Below, piece by piece: positions 37,409 through 49,178 of a stretch of DNA of 64,000 nucleotides. The notes under the pieces are model-generated. The model searched no databases and had not been told where the DNA came from. It saw nothing but the letters and a program-made list of their open reading frames with translations. Source of the DNA: Tricharina praecox (Eukaryota); the NCBI RefSeq assembly GCF_024521635.1, contig NW_026250419.1, forward strand, positions 372,001 through 436,000, in the 5' to 3' direction. The position numbers were made by a program, and so were the translations under genes. Position 1 is the first letter of the stretch. Every line of letters starts with the position of its first letter.

Positions 37409-39402
37409 TTCTCTTTGTCTGAGTAGTGTAGAGCTGTAGGAAGCAACAACAACGAGACCTGCAAAGAAGGAAAGAATGACAGTAGTAGCAGCGACAGCGC
37501 AATGCAGAAGCAAAAAAAACGGAAGTGGCGTGGTAGGAGGTCAAAGAGGAACGAAGTGCAACGTACAAAAAGGCCTGTCTGGGTGATTGTGCGCTCGCGG
37601 TTGTTCTTTTCTTTTTTTCCTTTCTTTTTGGTATTTCTTATTTTTGTCGTCGTTCAGACTTCTCGAGAGGTATGTAAATCGCGGGGTAGTTGTTTGGTGG
37701 TGATGGTGATATGGCAAGGTGTGTGTGGTCGATGGCAGTTGAGATCGGATACTTGGGGGGGTACTTGGTGAAAGTGTCCGGGGGTCAGGTGTTGGTGTCT
37801 CGTCGACGTCGTTTGATTCGTCCCACACACTAGCGACAAGGGTGTGCTGGATAAACTTACAAAAGCAGCAAAGTAAGTGTGGCTCGTTCTACGCTCGGTA
37901 AAGAAACATTGAATTGTATGTGGTGAGGGGGATCATCCCGCGCGGTTGTTCTATATACCTGGCCACCGCCGTAGTTGGGATCAACGGCATAGAATCAATA
38001 TATCTGCTTCTCGAAGGACTCTCAGAGAGGGTAGCTTTATCTTCAGAAAATATCTGGGGGGGATATCGCCCAGTTCCCTTCGGTGCGCAGCCTTTGCGAG
38101 CCGTTTGTGCCACGAGGAGCGGAATATTATCAAGGCTTCAGCCTGGTGGGTCGGGTAACGTCCTGTTGAGAGCCTAGGTCCCTGAGGGTTTGCGATCTCT
38201 CGATCTGCTCCTCGAGGCTTCCTCAGGTGCGAGGCTGGCATCAACCCAACGCCTTCTTCGGCCTGGCCTTAACTGCTAGTACTTACCTTAGTTGTCTGGG
38301 AAGGCTACACACGAACTTGACCGGTCTGACCAAAGTCAGCGTTTCGTTGTCATTCCCATCACACCACCTCTGGGCAGGTGATCGGAAGCTGCGGGAAGGT
38401 AAAACATTGCCTGCGCCCAAATATGTCACGATAGCGATATGTATGTGGGCTGTAGGCACCGATATCTCTATCGCAGCTGTTGCTGTGGCCGTGCCGTCGA
38501 CGTTGCTCATGCAAGATCGATATCGCAGCTGGTTCAGCCGTCAACTAGTTCTCGTCGACGTCTTGGCTCAGCGGATGGCTTGCATTGCTTCTTTACTCGC
38601 TGTTGCGTGCTATGGCGGGGAAATTAGTACAAATGGTGGTGGGTGGGTGGGGGTGGGGGAGGAGTGTTGACTGCCACTGCTCGGATATCGATATCTACCC
38701 TCCAGCCTGCGGGCTGCGCCCTCTTCCATCATGACGCCTTTCGAGATAATTATGGGTGGTGCTGGTGGTGGTGGCAAACAAGTCGCCCATAGCGTAGATA
38801 CGCTACAGGGCAACGTGACACAAAAAGCAACTCCCGAGCATCCCTCCTTGAAGGGCCGAGTACGTAATCCGAAGCTGAGCTTCTTTCAACTTCACCTCTC
38901 CTTTTCTCGAGCTCCCCCTTCCATAACCATTCAGTTCTCTCACCCCGGCGGAATGCCGACTTGCCAGCGATGCTCCACCCGAGTATGTACTCCGACAACT
39001 CCCCAGCCACGAGCTCGATCGGATCCATCAACTCCCGGACAACTGTGCCCACGCTCGGACCGTTGACCAGGCCTCTGGAAGTTCCAGAAAGCCGTTGAAG
39101 GGAACCATGACACGACCAGCCACCCCCGATGTTCTCGAAGGACAGGAAGACGGGTTTGACATGCGTTACCGACCAGCGTGTCCGTGGGTGCTGGCTGACC
39201 GGGCGTGGACATTCCGCCTCCCGCCGTTCGACCGCGGACAATAAACGAGATGAGGCACTCGTCACCATACTCCTGCACCCGGAGGGGGGATGGCAAAAGG
39301 AAAAAAAAATGATGGGAAAGGTGGCAGGGCAGCGCGGGGCAGGGCAGCGCGGGCAGGGCAGGGCAGGGCAGGTGGAGGCGGAAGCGGAAGCGAAGACACG
39401 CA

Positions 39403-39487
39403 GCACACACACACACACACACACACACACGTTCACACACACACACACATACTCACACACACACTCGCATACTCACACGCACTCACA
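39403..39487. repeat. (CA)n-type microsatellite, imperfect
   Basis: Long CACACA run with a few interruptions. Confidence 0.9.
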
Positions 39488-42400
39488 CTGTCTCTCTATC
39501 CAACCGTGTGGGGATGTGGGGTTATGCCAAGCGGTGCAGTTATTCCCTTTCTCGGCCGTCCACCAGCACACAGTTCTTCCTCTACGATTTTTGGTGCGCC
39601 GCTTACTTACCGGACGGATGGGCCTTCTATCAACGTTCCGCGCGGTGTTAATGGGGGTGGCCGGGGGTTGAGGTGGTTGGATGGAACGGATTGAATGGGT
39701 GATGATGTGGAACCCAGAACGGGAATAGGACTCGCAAAAAAAAAGCCCACCATTCGAACGTTCGAACGACGTGGTTTTGCTGCTGCTCGCTGGCCGGCTG
39801 GTACATGCGAGCCAGGCAGCCAGTAAGCGCGTACATGACAGCTGCGGTGTGATGGGACTATTGGGTAGCGCGACAAGTCACGTGCGCCGAGGTGGGTGTG
39901 TGTGTTGCCGCCCCGTTGGTTCGTTGCGGGCCATATCCTGCCAGCAGTTCGTCCAAAGTTTGTCTATTTATCTGTTTCCGTGGAATGGCGGTTTCCGGTT
40001 CGTCGGCGGGCCCTTCCCTTTGCTTTCCTTTCTTCTTTTTCCATTGCTGATGCCTGCTTGCCGCTGCTGACTCGCTGGGAACTAAGTACACACACGGCCT
40101 ACTCTACTCTGCAGTAACCATGGCACTCCTCCCACGTTAGGTGGAAGCTTGAGAAGGTACTTAGTGACATGTACTCCACTGAGCACACATGTACTCTGCA
40201 CACTCGCGCACTCACACACACACACGTACGACCCAACCAACAAAGCAGGAGGCTGGCAGCAGGGTCAGTCACAACGCAGCAACAGCAGCAACAGCAACAG
40301 CAGCAGCAGCAGCAGCGAGCGACCCGCGATTATGACTGAAACCCCACTCCTCTCCCAGCAAAAAAAGGTGAGGGCTATGCATTACCGGTTTGGACAGGAG
40401 ACTAACTTGCTACGTCGACAGGATGGACAGCAATTCCCACAACCCGTGGTAACATTCGAATGGCTGAGATCGATAGGGGTGGGACGCACGAAGCCTATAT
40501 TTCGCGTCCCAACTGTCCGCAATCGACAGATAGAAGCAGAAAAATGATGAAAAACGAAAAATAGAAAGGCGATGCGGCATCCGCCCGTTGATTTGACGGT
40601 GCTACTGCTGTTGCTACTGCTGTTGCTACTGCTGTTGCGACTGCTGCTGCTGAGTGATTCGCCCGTCTCTCGACCCTGCAGTGGTAGACTAGCCAGCCGG
40701 GCCCCATTGACTTTGGGGCGGCTGTGTTCTTACTCAGTCAAAAGCGATTGCGACCGACAGAGAGAGAGATAAATGCAATCGTCAGTTGTTGGTGGCCTCC
40801 ACTATACGAAACGTTGTGGCCAGTCGGATCCCGGCACGACCCTACTTCTGCCCGCGCGCCCGCTGGATAGTCACCACCAGTAGCAGAATATGGCAGCCAG
40901 CTCAGATGCATTGGCGGGGACGGGGGGAGCTGGGCGGAGGGAGGGGTGGTGGAGGTGCGGTGGTGGAGGTGGTGGTGGTGAAGGTGGTGGTGGACACATC
41001 TCAAAGCTAGGGAGTCCCCCAGTCGGCCTGCGAGTTTCTGCTGCTGCTGCGGCCGGTTGCTTGACGAGAGACAGCACTGCAACCGGCACTCGAGACGAGG
41101 TGGTCCGTGAGAGATGGCATGAAGACCGCACCGCACAACCGGCCGGTGGGGTGTTGGAATGGGGTACATGTAAAGTAGCAAACCCAGGCTGTGTTGGAGC
41201 ACGCAAGCAAGCAAGCAAGCAAGCAAGCAGGCAGGTAGGCAGGCAAAGAAAGCATGGCTGGCTGGCCAGTGAAGCATTCTCGGCCACTGGAGGATTCCCG
41301 TCATCGTATCTAGAACGAGTAACGAGCAAGGAGAGCGTGTATGTACAGCGCGCAGCTGCCTACTCTGCTGGCACACACCTCTCGGACTTTCCCAGATGTC
41401 GCGCCGTAGCTACATACCTACGTCTCGCATCCATCGTGGCCATAGGACTTTTAGGCGTTTAAACTCACGAGAGCGAGCAAAATATAGAAGCAGGCAGAGC
41501 ACAGTAGCACTAGTTAGCTGGGCTATAGTACCCCAAGGCAATAGTAGATGAATAAGTATTTGCGTATCGATGCGTTAGGTAGGTGCCAGATAGCTGGCCC
41601 GCCAATATTTGCGCGCTTCCCGAGAAGCGGGACAACTCATAGACGATCATTCTTTGCCTCCGCCGGCCTTAGGGACAACGTAGACATTCGGAAAGTAAAA
41701 AAAAAGAAAAGGGTGGCGTTGTCGTACCGATGTGCGGTAGTGAGCAAGTGAGAAAGTGAGCAAGTAAGCAAGTGAGCAAGTGAGTGAGTAGTAAGTGAGT
41801 GAGCAAGTATGGCATGTACTGTGTGCACAGATACTCTGCTGTACATACGGTGCAGAGTGTATGCTATGCAGCATCGTGATTGTAGAGTACATACATCTAA
41901 GGAGGTACATACTAGGAGCGTTGTTGTTGTTGTTGTGTAGTGCGGGCTTTTTTAGTGTGATGGGGAATGGCGGCGTTCGTTGTCGCCCGGTTGCTGTTGT
42001 GGGTCGGGGTTCTCGTTGCTGTTGTTGTTGTTGTGGCCACCATGGATCTGGTTGCTTGGGTGGTCCGTCCGTGGGGCCGTGGCCATGAACCATGGGGCTT
42101 GCTGGCCGTCGTCAATCGTGTCAGGGATCGCCTCCACCTCAACCCTCCTCCTCCAGCTCCACCTCCACGCCTACCACCCCCCTCCCCCTCCTAACCCACC
42201 CCCCGAGCATCCAGCTCATCGCTCCGCTGCCCCCCTCCCCTAACCTAAGCTCCGTTTCCAGTCCTGGGGTCCAACGTCAGTCAAGCTTCGGTCCCCAGTA
42301 ACGATCCGCGCTGCCACATACTACTGCCCTACATGCAGCATCACAACCCACCCCCCCCCCCCCCAACAACAACAACAGCACCAGCGCATTGCGGCCGCCG

Positions 42401-42850
42401 TGTAGAATCGCAAGTATAGAAAAAGGCCCGCCTTCGCCAGTATTTCCGTTGAACACAGATTCATCTTCCTGAAGATCTTCCTCCGCTTCCATCGTCTTCT
42501 CATAACCCCGCCTCCCTCCCCCCGACGCAACCTGCAAGTACCTCTAGCACCCTCTCCAAACAATCCCGTAAAAGAAAAGGAAAAAGGAAAAAAAGAAAAA
42601 GTCATCGTTACTTCTTCTTCCATCTTCTACTCCTACCGCCACAGCCACTCATAAGGTCAGTGACAAAGCTAGAACGATGCAGTCCCCACCTGTGTCCAAT
42701 GGCCCCCGCGCAATTGCTGTCGAACCCTCCATATTGACACACTGCAATATATAGAAGTCCCGCATCTCCCACCTTCCACAGACCCCATCAACTTCATCAC
42801 CGGAATCTTTATCCAACATCCTACCCCCACCCCCAGCAATAATCTCCAAC

Positions 42851-43671
42851 ATGGCAATCAAAACCACTCCCGCTGCCTCGAGATGCCTCGGCCTCCCAAG
42901 CTCTATCGATTCGCCGAGTCGGCTCGTCCACCCCCGCGCCCGCGAACTCTACGAGCACCTCCGCACCTTCCCGTGGGACGTCTCGTGTCTCACCTACCTG
43001 CGCTGCCGCCACGAAATCTTCCCCGAGGTCTTTGCCGGAAAGTCCACCACCACCCAGCTCGTCGAGTACCTCGTGGAGCTGCGCTTCCTCGCCACCGCTC
43101 TCAACGGTTGGTCGGAGGTCGCCCTTGGCCGGTAAGCACAGAAAAACAAAATCCCCCCCAAAATCTGCGCGCTCTCTGTCGCTCTCCTCTTGTGGGCAGT
43201 ACTCTGCAGCCCCATCCAACCTCGATCATGCAGCTTTCTCTGCAGATACAGGCTAGCGTCAGGTGGCAGATATACTTGCCAGCCAGCAGCGGCTGCCTTT
43301 AGAGCTCCGCTGGCACTGCATCCCCTAACCCTGTTTCACCATCTCCCTTTCCCCCTCTTTTTGTTTTATACAAAAAATCCCACAACCACGTCAGTCGTGC
43401 ATCCTGACTGACGCAACTTTCTCCCGTTAGCTCCCCGCACCATCTCGCGCCACTGGACAAACGCTTCATCATCTTCAGCATAGCCAACGCCTACCACGAG
43501 CTGCCCGATGTGCTGAAGGAGCTCATGACGATCAAGGATCGATCGTACAGCTCGTCGGTCAAGAAGTACTGCGACGAGGTGCATCTCGGTCTGACCGAGA
43601 TCTACCGCCATCCCGACATCAAGGCGCTCTGCGAGAATGTTAAGCAGAGCCCGATTCCGATGGAGTTTTAG
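42851..43671 (+). CDS. Hypothetical protein (173 aa); exons 42851-43131, 43431-43671
   Basis: Two blocks with strong C/G-ending codon bias are joined in frame by a 299-nt intron (GTAAGC...ACTGAC...TAG): ...WSEVALGR-SPHHLAPLDKRFIIFSIANAYHELPDVLKELM...SPIPMEF*. Confidence 0.75.
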
Positions 43672-46173
43672 AGTACATACGCACCTCGCATTGGCCATCG
43701 CTGGCACCACGCCGCCACCACGCTGCCAGCACCCAACACTCAACATCCATACCTTTCCACCGTCGTCCCGCCGAGAATTACCTATATCCGCACGATTAAT
43801 GTCCCTATTTCTTCGACACCGAATTCTTTATTATTACTTTTCAACTGTCAATACGCTTTTTACCCTTTAGTATCAGAACCAGATTGTGCGAGGAGGACAC
43901 AAAGGAACGAATACCTTACCTAGTACACAACAATATGCAACCACCGACGGGACACTTTTATCAATTCATCGCCGCTTGAGGAGCGACAAAAATCAATCAT
44001 CTTCATCTTCTCCTTCATCTTTCGACTTCTCCTCAACCTTCTTCATCCTTTTCTTCATCTTGGGGGCTTCTTATTTCTCTTCATCTTCTTGGTCTCCTTT
44101 GTTTAATCTCTGGGTCGGGTTCGAAAAGATTGCTACTTCGCTGCTGCCAGGTTGCGCGCGCGCCAAAAAGCTGTCCCACTTTTTTTTTCCGGCTTCCAAT
44201 CCATATTTCATCGGAGAGAATGGCGTTAACGATATGATTTTTCGGTCGGGCATTTTTTATTTCTTATCTATCATGCATGAAAATATCCGGTGTTATGAAT
44301 CCTTTTTTTCTTCTTTTTTTCTCTCTCTTCCTTTTCATCTTCGGGGTTGTCTGTCTCACATCATCTTCTTTTTCGTTCATGGCGCAATGTTTGGGGTCTG
44401 TCTGGATTTTCCTTTTTATTCTCTTTTCGGGCTTTTTTTTCCGGCTTCGAAGCGAGGGGTTGTATGTATGCTCGTGTACTAAAACTGGGGGTCTTTCATC
44501 GTTTTTCTTCTTCTTTGATTGTTTCTGTTTCTGTTTCTTTTTCTTCATATTTTTTTATTGGTGATTCTCACGAACTATCCGTGCGTGCGCCATCATCAGT
44601 TACTGTAGGTATGAATGTGTGTCTGTATGTATGTTTGTCTGTGTGTGCATGTATCTAACGGGACCGGCGGGGGCAGGGCATGGTGGACTGGGTGTTTTTT
44701 TCTGCATAGAACGGCTTGTTCTTGTTCTTGTTTTTTGGGGAGGGAAAGAGGGGAAGATGACGGTGGAGGACAGCCTGGGCTTGGGACGGTGGGAACGGGA
44801 ACGAGGAAGAGGGGGAGCATGCTACTTACATACATCTTACATACAACTTCATACCTGGGTATCGTGTCATACGAATGAACGCTTATGATCATCATTGCTG
44901 TTTCTCGCCCTTGGGCTTGTCGTTGAAGTTGAAGAGGATTCGCATGCGACACAACTTGGATTGAAGGTGATGATGATGGCGATATACACCGAACGGCTCC
45001 TGTTCCTCATCGGACGGTAGTTATACCGTATAGCTATCGCCATGAGTCCATGAGTCCATGACTATGGTGTGCGCCGCATGCGAAGATATTTCGTCCGTCC
45101 GCTAGCGGGATGGGGTCGAGTGATACCGTCTGATCCTGGTCCGTCGTAAGGCTTTCCTGAATCCTCGTTTATGATACGAGGCCAAACCCAAACCCCGCGC
45201 CGGCTGGGGAGGGAGGAGGCTGATATTTATACCTTTTTCCTCCCTTCTTTTTTTACCACTTACCCCCTCCCTCCCAACTCACCCCCGTCGCTTCTCGGAT
45301 CGCTTCTCGGCGGTGAACTCCGGAGGCGAGACTCGAGAGGGAGGGGAGGCGAGAGAGGGGCAGAGGGAGGGGGGACGGGGGTTCGTTTGTTTTGTTTGTA
45401 CTCTACTCTAGGTTTGTTACAGGGACGGTGGACCACGGCGGCTGCGTGGGTGTTGGTTTTTTTTTGGGGGGGGGGAGGCTTGCGGGGGCTTGGGCAATGG
45501 GGGGGGGGGGGGGGGGGGGGCTTGGGTAATGGGGAGGGGCTTGGACTTTGTTGGGCCCTGGGGTGGTGATGGACGGAACTGGAACTGGAGTCTGGGGGTT
45601 GTTGCACCAAATTCCAACGACTATTACTCTACCTGCTCTACTGAGGTTGCCGGCTGTGGTTGACGGCTGTAGTTGACGGCGCACGGCCGGCTGTTGGATA
45701 ATGCGGGGGATAGGGATCTGGTGGCTTCATTGAGGGTTGGGGAAACATCGTGAATCATCAACATACCTATGGTACGGCATTCACTGCAGACCCCGGGGGA
45801 GGTTTTCCGATTCACCATTCACCGTTCACCGTTCACGTGCGTGCGGGATGGGGGCCTGGGAGCGGCTGACGAAGCGGGTTACGTTTACATACTAGAACCT
45901 AGCATACACCGCCGGGCGCTGACTCTTCTCGAGTCCCGAGTCTGACTCTCTGAGGTGATGGATCATGGATGCGGCTGTCTGCTTACTCCAGTCTTGCCTA
46001 CTTTCTTACATAAGTCAGTAGTCTACTGATCCACGGCGCATGGAACGAGCGACGAGCGACGGGCGATAGTTACCGATGTGTAGCTTTGGGACTTGGTAAC
46101 GCGGCTTCTACTCACTCTTCCTCCTCCTCCTCCTCCTCGTGCGGCGGCGAACCAGCCGCCGCCACGGCGCCAC

Positions 46174-46251
46174 TCCAACCCCAAATCCAACCCCAAATCC
46201 AACCCCAAATCCAACCCCAAATCCAACCCCAAATCCAACCCCAAATCCAAC
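46174..46251. repeat. Perfect 12-bp tandem array (TCCAACCCCAAA)x6.5
   Basis: Six identical units plus a partial unit. Confidence 0.95.
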
Positions 46252-47317
46252 GCCGATTCCCTCCGCCAAACTCGAGCGTGTGAGTAACTTACACAACTTA
46301 CATAACCTACCTACCGACGCTGCATATCTAGGCCGACCGCCGAGCAGACATGACAGCCATGAGTAATTCCCACATCTTTCGTATGCAACTGCGCATGCAG
46401 CGCGGAGGATTGGCCTTGTGTGTCGCCGTGTGTGTCGTGTGTCGTGTGGGTGGTGTGGTGTAAAGTAGGCAGGCAGGCAGGCAGGTAGGCGAAGTGCGTA
46501 TACATACGTGCGGCTGAGCTTCCTGACATAGCTACGGTACCTATGGTAGGACTCTAGATATATGGAGTAGAGTGCCTATGGGGTGCTTGCTCTGACTCGG
46601 GGTCTGGGTCGGGAAACGCCTTGGGTATCATTCCCGACGTGACTGTTGCCAATGCCACGTTGTGACCAGTGTCGAGTTCGGGAATTCGTGCACGAGGAGA
46701 AGAGAGGCGACTCGAGAGGCGAGAGGCGAGTCTGCCCTGTGGCCGTCCGGCCGGCCGGGTTCCTCGACTGCCGTACTCTACTCTACTCTGCGTATCTAAA
46801 GCACGGACGGTATGTATGTGTGTATGTGTGTAGGGTAGATGCCTGGCAAGGAGCACGAAGTGGTGTGCTGTGTGTGCTCAGGTGAAGGCGGCCGCTGCTT
46901 CTGCTGCTGCTGTTGGTGTGGCAGCGAGCAGAGTGCGGTTGGGTTGGGTTGGGCTTTTTGTTGGCTGGCTGGCTGGCTGGCTGGCTGGTGATACAGGAGG
47001 TTGTGTTGCCGGGGTGCGAAGGCGAGTGGGAGGCAAGCAGGCAGGCAGGGCAATCGCACTTGCAATTCATAAAGAGCTGGTGTGCTGCTGCTGCTCTGCT
47101 GCTGTGACTGCCGTCGGATTTGTTGCTGCTGCTTCTGCTGCTGCCGCTGCTGCTGCTGAACTGACGACACCCGCCACCTGCGACTCAGCGAGCGAACGAA
47201 CGCGAGTTCTGAACCGCTTCCTTCCTACTACGCACACACGATACGACACGACCCCCGTCCAGATCCTACACGAAGCGAAGACCCGAAGCGAAGACGAACC
47301 CCCCGAGACGAGACAAG

Positions 47318-48088
47318 ATGGTGAGTTGCATCTGCATCCCGCTTGCTAGTACTATCTATGCCCACGGTACATATCTGGTGGCGGCGACTCCATACCCCGC
47401 CTAAAAGCACTACTTTCCTAGCCCACGGCCGCACTGACACCTTTTCCTTGCGCGCGTATAGGGCAAGCGACGATCGCACCGCACGCAATCGGGGTCAGGG
47501 CTGCCCGCGCGGCGGAAGGTGGTGATAGTCGGGGACGGAGCGTGCGGCAAGACGTGTCTGTTGATGCGATTCTCGAACAACACGTTTGACCCGGACGCGT
47601 ATGTTCCGACTGTGTTTGAGAACTACGTGAAGGACATTACGCTGGGGAATGGCGAGAAGGTCGAGCTCACGCTGTGGGATACTGCGGGCCAGGAGGACTA
47701 CGATCGACTGCGCCCCCTGTCGTATCCTGACACCGACGTCGTCCTCATCGCGTTCTCGGTTGACTCCCCGGATTCACTCAACAACGTCTACGATAAGTGG
47801 ATTTCGGAGGTCCTCCACTTCTGCCCCATGATCCCCATCATGCTGGTCGCGCTGAAGAGGGATCTGAGAACCGATGCTGCGACCGTCGCGAGACTGCAGC
47901 AGCAGCAGAGGGAGCCCAGAGGTCCTGTCACGATGGAAGAGGGCCAGAAGGCCGCGAGGGAGCTAAATTGTGATCACTACATCGAGTGCTCGAGTAAGAC
48001 GGGCGAGGGCGTCTTCCAGGTCTTTGAGAAGGCTAGCACTCTGGGCAGAAGGGGTCCGAAGCCAAATAAGTCCTGTGTCATTCTTTGA
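47318..48088 (+). CDS. Rho1/RhoA-like small GTPase (209 aa); exons 47318-47320 (ATG only), 47462-48088
   Basis: [45 protein letters not shown] and CAAX box CVIL. Intron 47321..47461 (GTGAGT..ACTGAC..TAG) places the ATG in frame. Confidence 0.92.
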
Positions 48089-49178
48089 TGGGCGATGATG
48101 GGCGATGGGGGGGAGGGGGGATGATGCCGCCCCGCCATGTCATGTAGGAAGCGTGGGGGCGGGGGCGGTTTTGACAGGCAGGGATGGCTGGGAAGAGGGA
48201 TTGGCGAGGCGCACTTTTTTGTCATCTAATGTCTTCCTTTTTTTCTTTCATTGTGGTGGTGTTTGTTTCTGCTTGTTCCATCGTTCGTTTTTTCTTCTTC
48301 TTTCCCGACGAGCTTCATCTACCATTGTAACAAAATATACGGATTGAGGGTGGTGACCATGGAACCTCGGCCGATTGGGTGGGAGGGTGGGGGGGGGGGG
48401 ACCGTTGGTACTCTACATATGATTCATCATTCACCCAGCGTCGTCCCATGCCGCATAACTAACAGGCTATGGGCTCGTCATAGGCTCATATGTAGTAGGC
48501 ACGGATTGTCCATCGAGTTACTGGTAGATTGCTACTGCACTCCGGAGCACTCTGCCTCTACATGGCCAGCCTAATATGCCCAATGCCGGCAGGAGGATTT
48601 GCCTTATCGAGACGAAGGCAGGCTGGCTGGGAAGACGGGGAAAACGTCGGGTACCTATCACCGTGGTCACTACCTACTTGGCCGGACGGGTTTTCCATGG
48701 GTTGATGGGCACAAAGGACTTGCTTACGTACATACAGAAGAAGAACTAGAGTTATGTACAAAAGCATATCGCCACTCACACACAAAGCACTCGCACTCAC
48801 ACTCACACCGGACCCAACAGAACAGAACAGAACACCATCGTTGATTCACGTTTTCCATAAACCAAGCCAGAGTATATATACCCAAGCATTTATCCGTATA
48901 GGTGGAACGAGACATCAAGGAATAGAAGAAGAAACAGAAGTAAGGACCCGACCCAACATAGCCCCAATCATCGCAGAACATACTACCTAACCACATCTTA
49001 TAGTTAGCATAAAGCATCCACCAAATTCCTTCCAGATTCCGACAGATCACCAAAGCGCGACGAGGGGGTTGATTACCTACATATGTAGTTATCCTGATCG
49101 TCCAAAATTTGCTCGTCGTCGTCTTCGCCGCCGTTGTTACTCTTCTCCCCACCGCTCCAAGCAGCACGGAACGACCCC

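Noticed and set aside
38279..38292. TACTTACCT resembling the U1 snRNA 5' end
   Set aside because: No U1-70K loop, ATTGCAC loop or Sm site was seen downstream.
45299..45311. ATCGCTTCTCGGC, identical to a U2 snRNA 5' end
   Set aside because: There is no following stem I, GTAGTA branch-pairing sequence or Sm site; it is part of a local 12-bp duplication.
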